Assembly (NCBI GenBank): GCA_903913865.1
Contig: CAIWMU010000098.1
Location: 6,696-70,695, forward strand
Direction of reading: 5' to 3'
Origin: an uncultured Verrucomicrobia subdivision 3 bacterium
Lineage (GTDB): Bacteria > Verrucomicrobiota > Verrucomicrobiia > Limisphaerales > UBA8199
DNA length: 64,000 nucleotides
The notes beneath the pieces were generated by a model. The model searched no databases and was not told the origin of the DNA. It saw nothing but the letters and a program-made list of their open reading frames with translations. A program made the translations under genes and the position numbers. Below, piece after piece: positions 63,175 through 64,000 of this stretch. Numbering within the stretch: the first letter of the stretch is position 1; every line of letters begins with the position of its first letter.

Positions 63175-64000
63175 ATGACTACGCAGGAACAGTTGGAGCA
63201 GGGCCGGAGATTCTACCGGGAGAAGCGCTATGCTGAGGCTGCGCCGTTGTTGCGGACAGCACTGGAGGCTGGTGGGGGAGCTGAGGTGGTTTGGCAGGAG
63301 TTGGCGATCTGTCTCAGGGGCCAGCCTGAGGCCAGTATCGATGTGATTAAGCAGGCCGTGCGGCATTACCCGCGGTCGGGGTGGCTGTGGGACGAGTTGG
63401 GGAGTGTTTTGCTCAACTGTGGGCGGCTGGATGAGGCGGAGAAGGCGCTGGGAAACGCAAAGAGCCTCGAACCGAACGCGGAGTGGGTTTGGAGACACTT
63501 GGCGAAGCTTTACAAGAAGCGGAAGGATGGCGCGAAGCAAATCGAGGCCTATGAGATGCTCTTGACTGTGGGAGAGGCGAGCCGCTTCGACCTGTTCTCC
63601 TTGGGTAGCGCCTATCATGACGAACAACATTTCGGTAAGGCAGTTGAATTCTACCGGCGGTCTTTGGCTGAGGAAGAGTGGGGTCCGCCTTTGATCTGCT
63701 TGGGGTTGGTTTTTGGTAATCCCGATGTTTCTCAGGATGTGGACGCTGCGGATGCTTTTCGTCGGGTGCTGAGGATGGATCCTGAGCATAAGACGGCGCA
63801 GGACAGACTTGCGGCAACGAGGCAGAAGCTGTTGCCACTGGCGGCCCGGGCCACATCGGGCGGTGCGGTGCTGGTCGAGCCAAGGGAGTATTACCAGTTT
63901 TACCTGAGCCCGTTCGAGGCCTTCGCCATTGATGACGTCGAGGATCCGGACGAGCTGGACGGGAAGACCGTCCAGCGGGCGAGGAAGCGGCTGCTGAGCG
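63175..64000 (+). CDS. TPR-repeat protein (3'-partial, runs off the window; missing from the ORF track)
   Basis: ATG 3 bp after the J-like stop; my translation stays open to the window end: MTTQEQLEQGRRFYREKRYAEA...WDELGSVLLNCGRLDEAEKAL...LGSAYHDEQHFGKAVEFYRRSL. Confidence 0.8.
   Translation, partial: MTTQEQLEQGRRFYREKRYAEAAPLLRTALEAGGGAEVVWQELAICLRGQPEASIDVIKQAVRHYPRSGWLWDELGSVLLNCGRLDEAEKALGNAKSLEPNAEWVWRHLAKLYKKRKDGAKQIEAYEMLLTVGEASRFDLFSLGSAYHDEQHFGKAVEFYRRSLAEEEWGPPLICLGLVFGNPDVSQDVDAADAFRRVLRMDPEHKTAQDRLAATRQKLLPLAARATSGGAVLVEPREYYQFYLSPFEAFAIDDVEDPDELDGKTVQRARKRLLS

Noticed and set aside
62488-63789. 433-aa minus-strand ORF
   Set aside because: Antisense to the J-like and TPR genes; the plus-strand frame from 63175 gives clear TPR repeats

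Overview
GC-rich bacterial chromosome window, most likely Verrucomicrobiota (Pedosphaera/Limisphaera-like). This is inferred from a DUF1559-type pilin, a GloVer repeat protein with an FFRL tail, a 'YQGK...YW' HEAT protein and the lack of SusC/D in the sugar loci. Housekeeping genes (purH, ppk1, ileS, rluD, lspA, rplM-rpsI, argC, tRNA-Leu(TAG)) are interleaved with several accessory blocks: a polysaccharide export operon (OM beta-barrel, Wzc, short OPX, FHA protein), an exeA/gspB-like pair flanked by a REP-like repeat, and two carbohydrate clusters. The clusters carry GH38-like, GH106, SASA-GH43 fusion, GtaA-like/GH43 fusion, GH78, DUF1080, MFS transporters and a pilin-like gene. There is also a ~0.9 kb intergenic stack of REP/MITE-like hairpins, an octaheme cytochrome c-TPR protein and a surface-protein block (two tandem S74-chaperoned fibre paralogues, a transglutaminase-like protein, a GloVer propeller). 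The right edge holds the start of an accessory module: a truncated Xis/BldC-type HTH, a membrane J-like protein with natural QPD in place of HPD, and a TPR protein running off the window. Best leads are the QPD J-like/TPR module, a ~100-nt structured RNA candidate with its own promoter upstream of tRNA-Leu, the fibre/transglutaminase block and the MFS-pilin-GtaA/GH43 operon. All calls were made by eye; no database searches were run.
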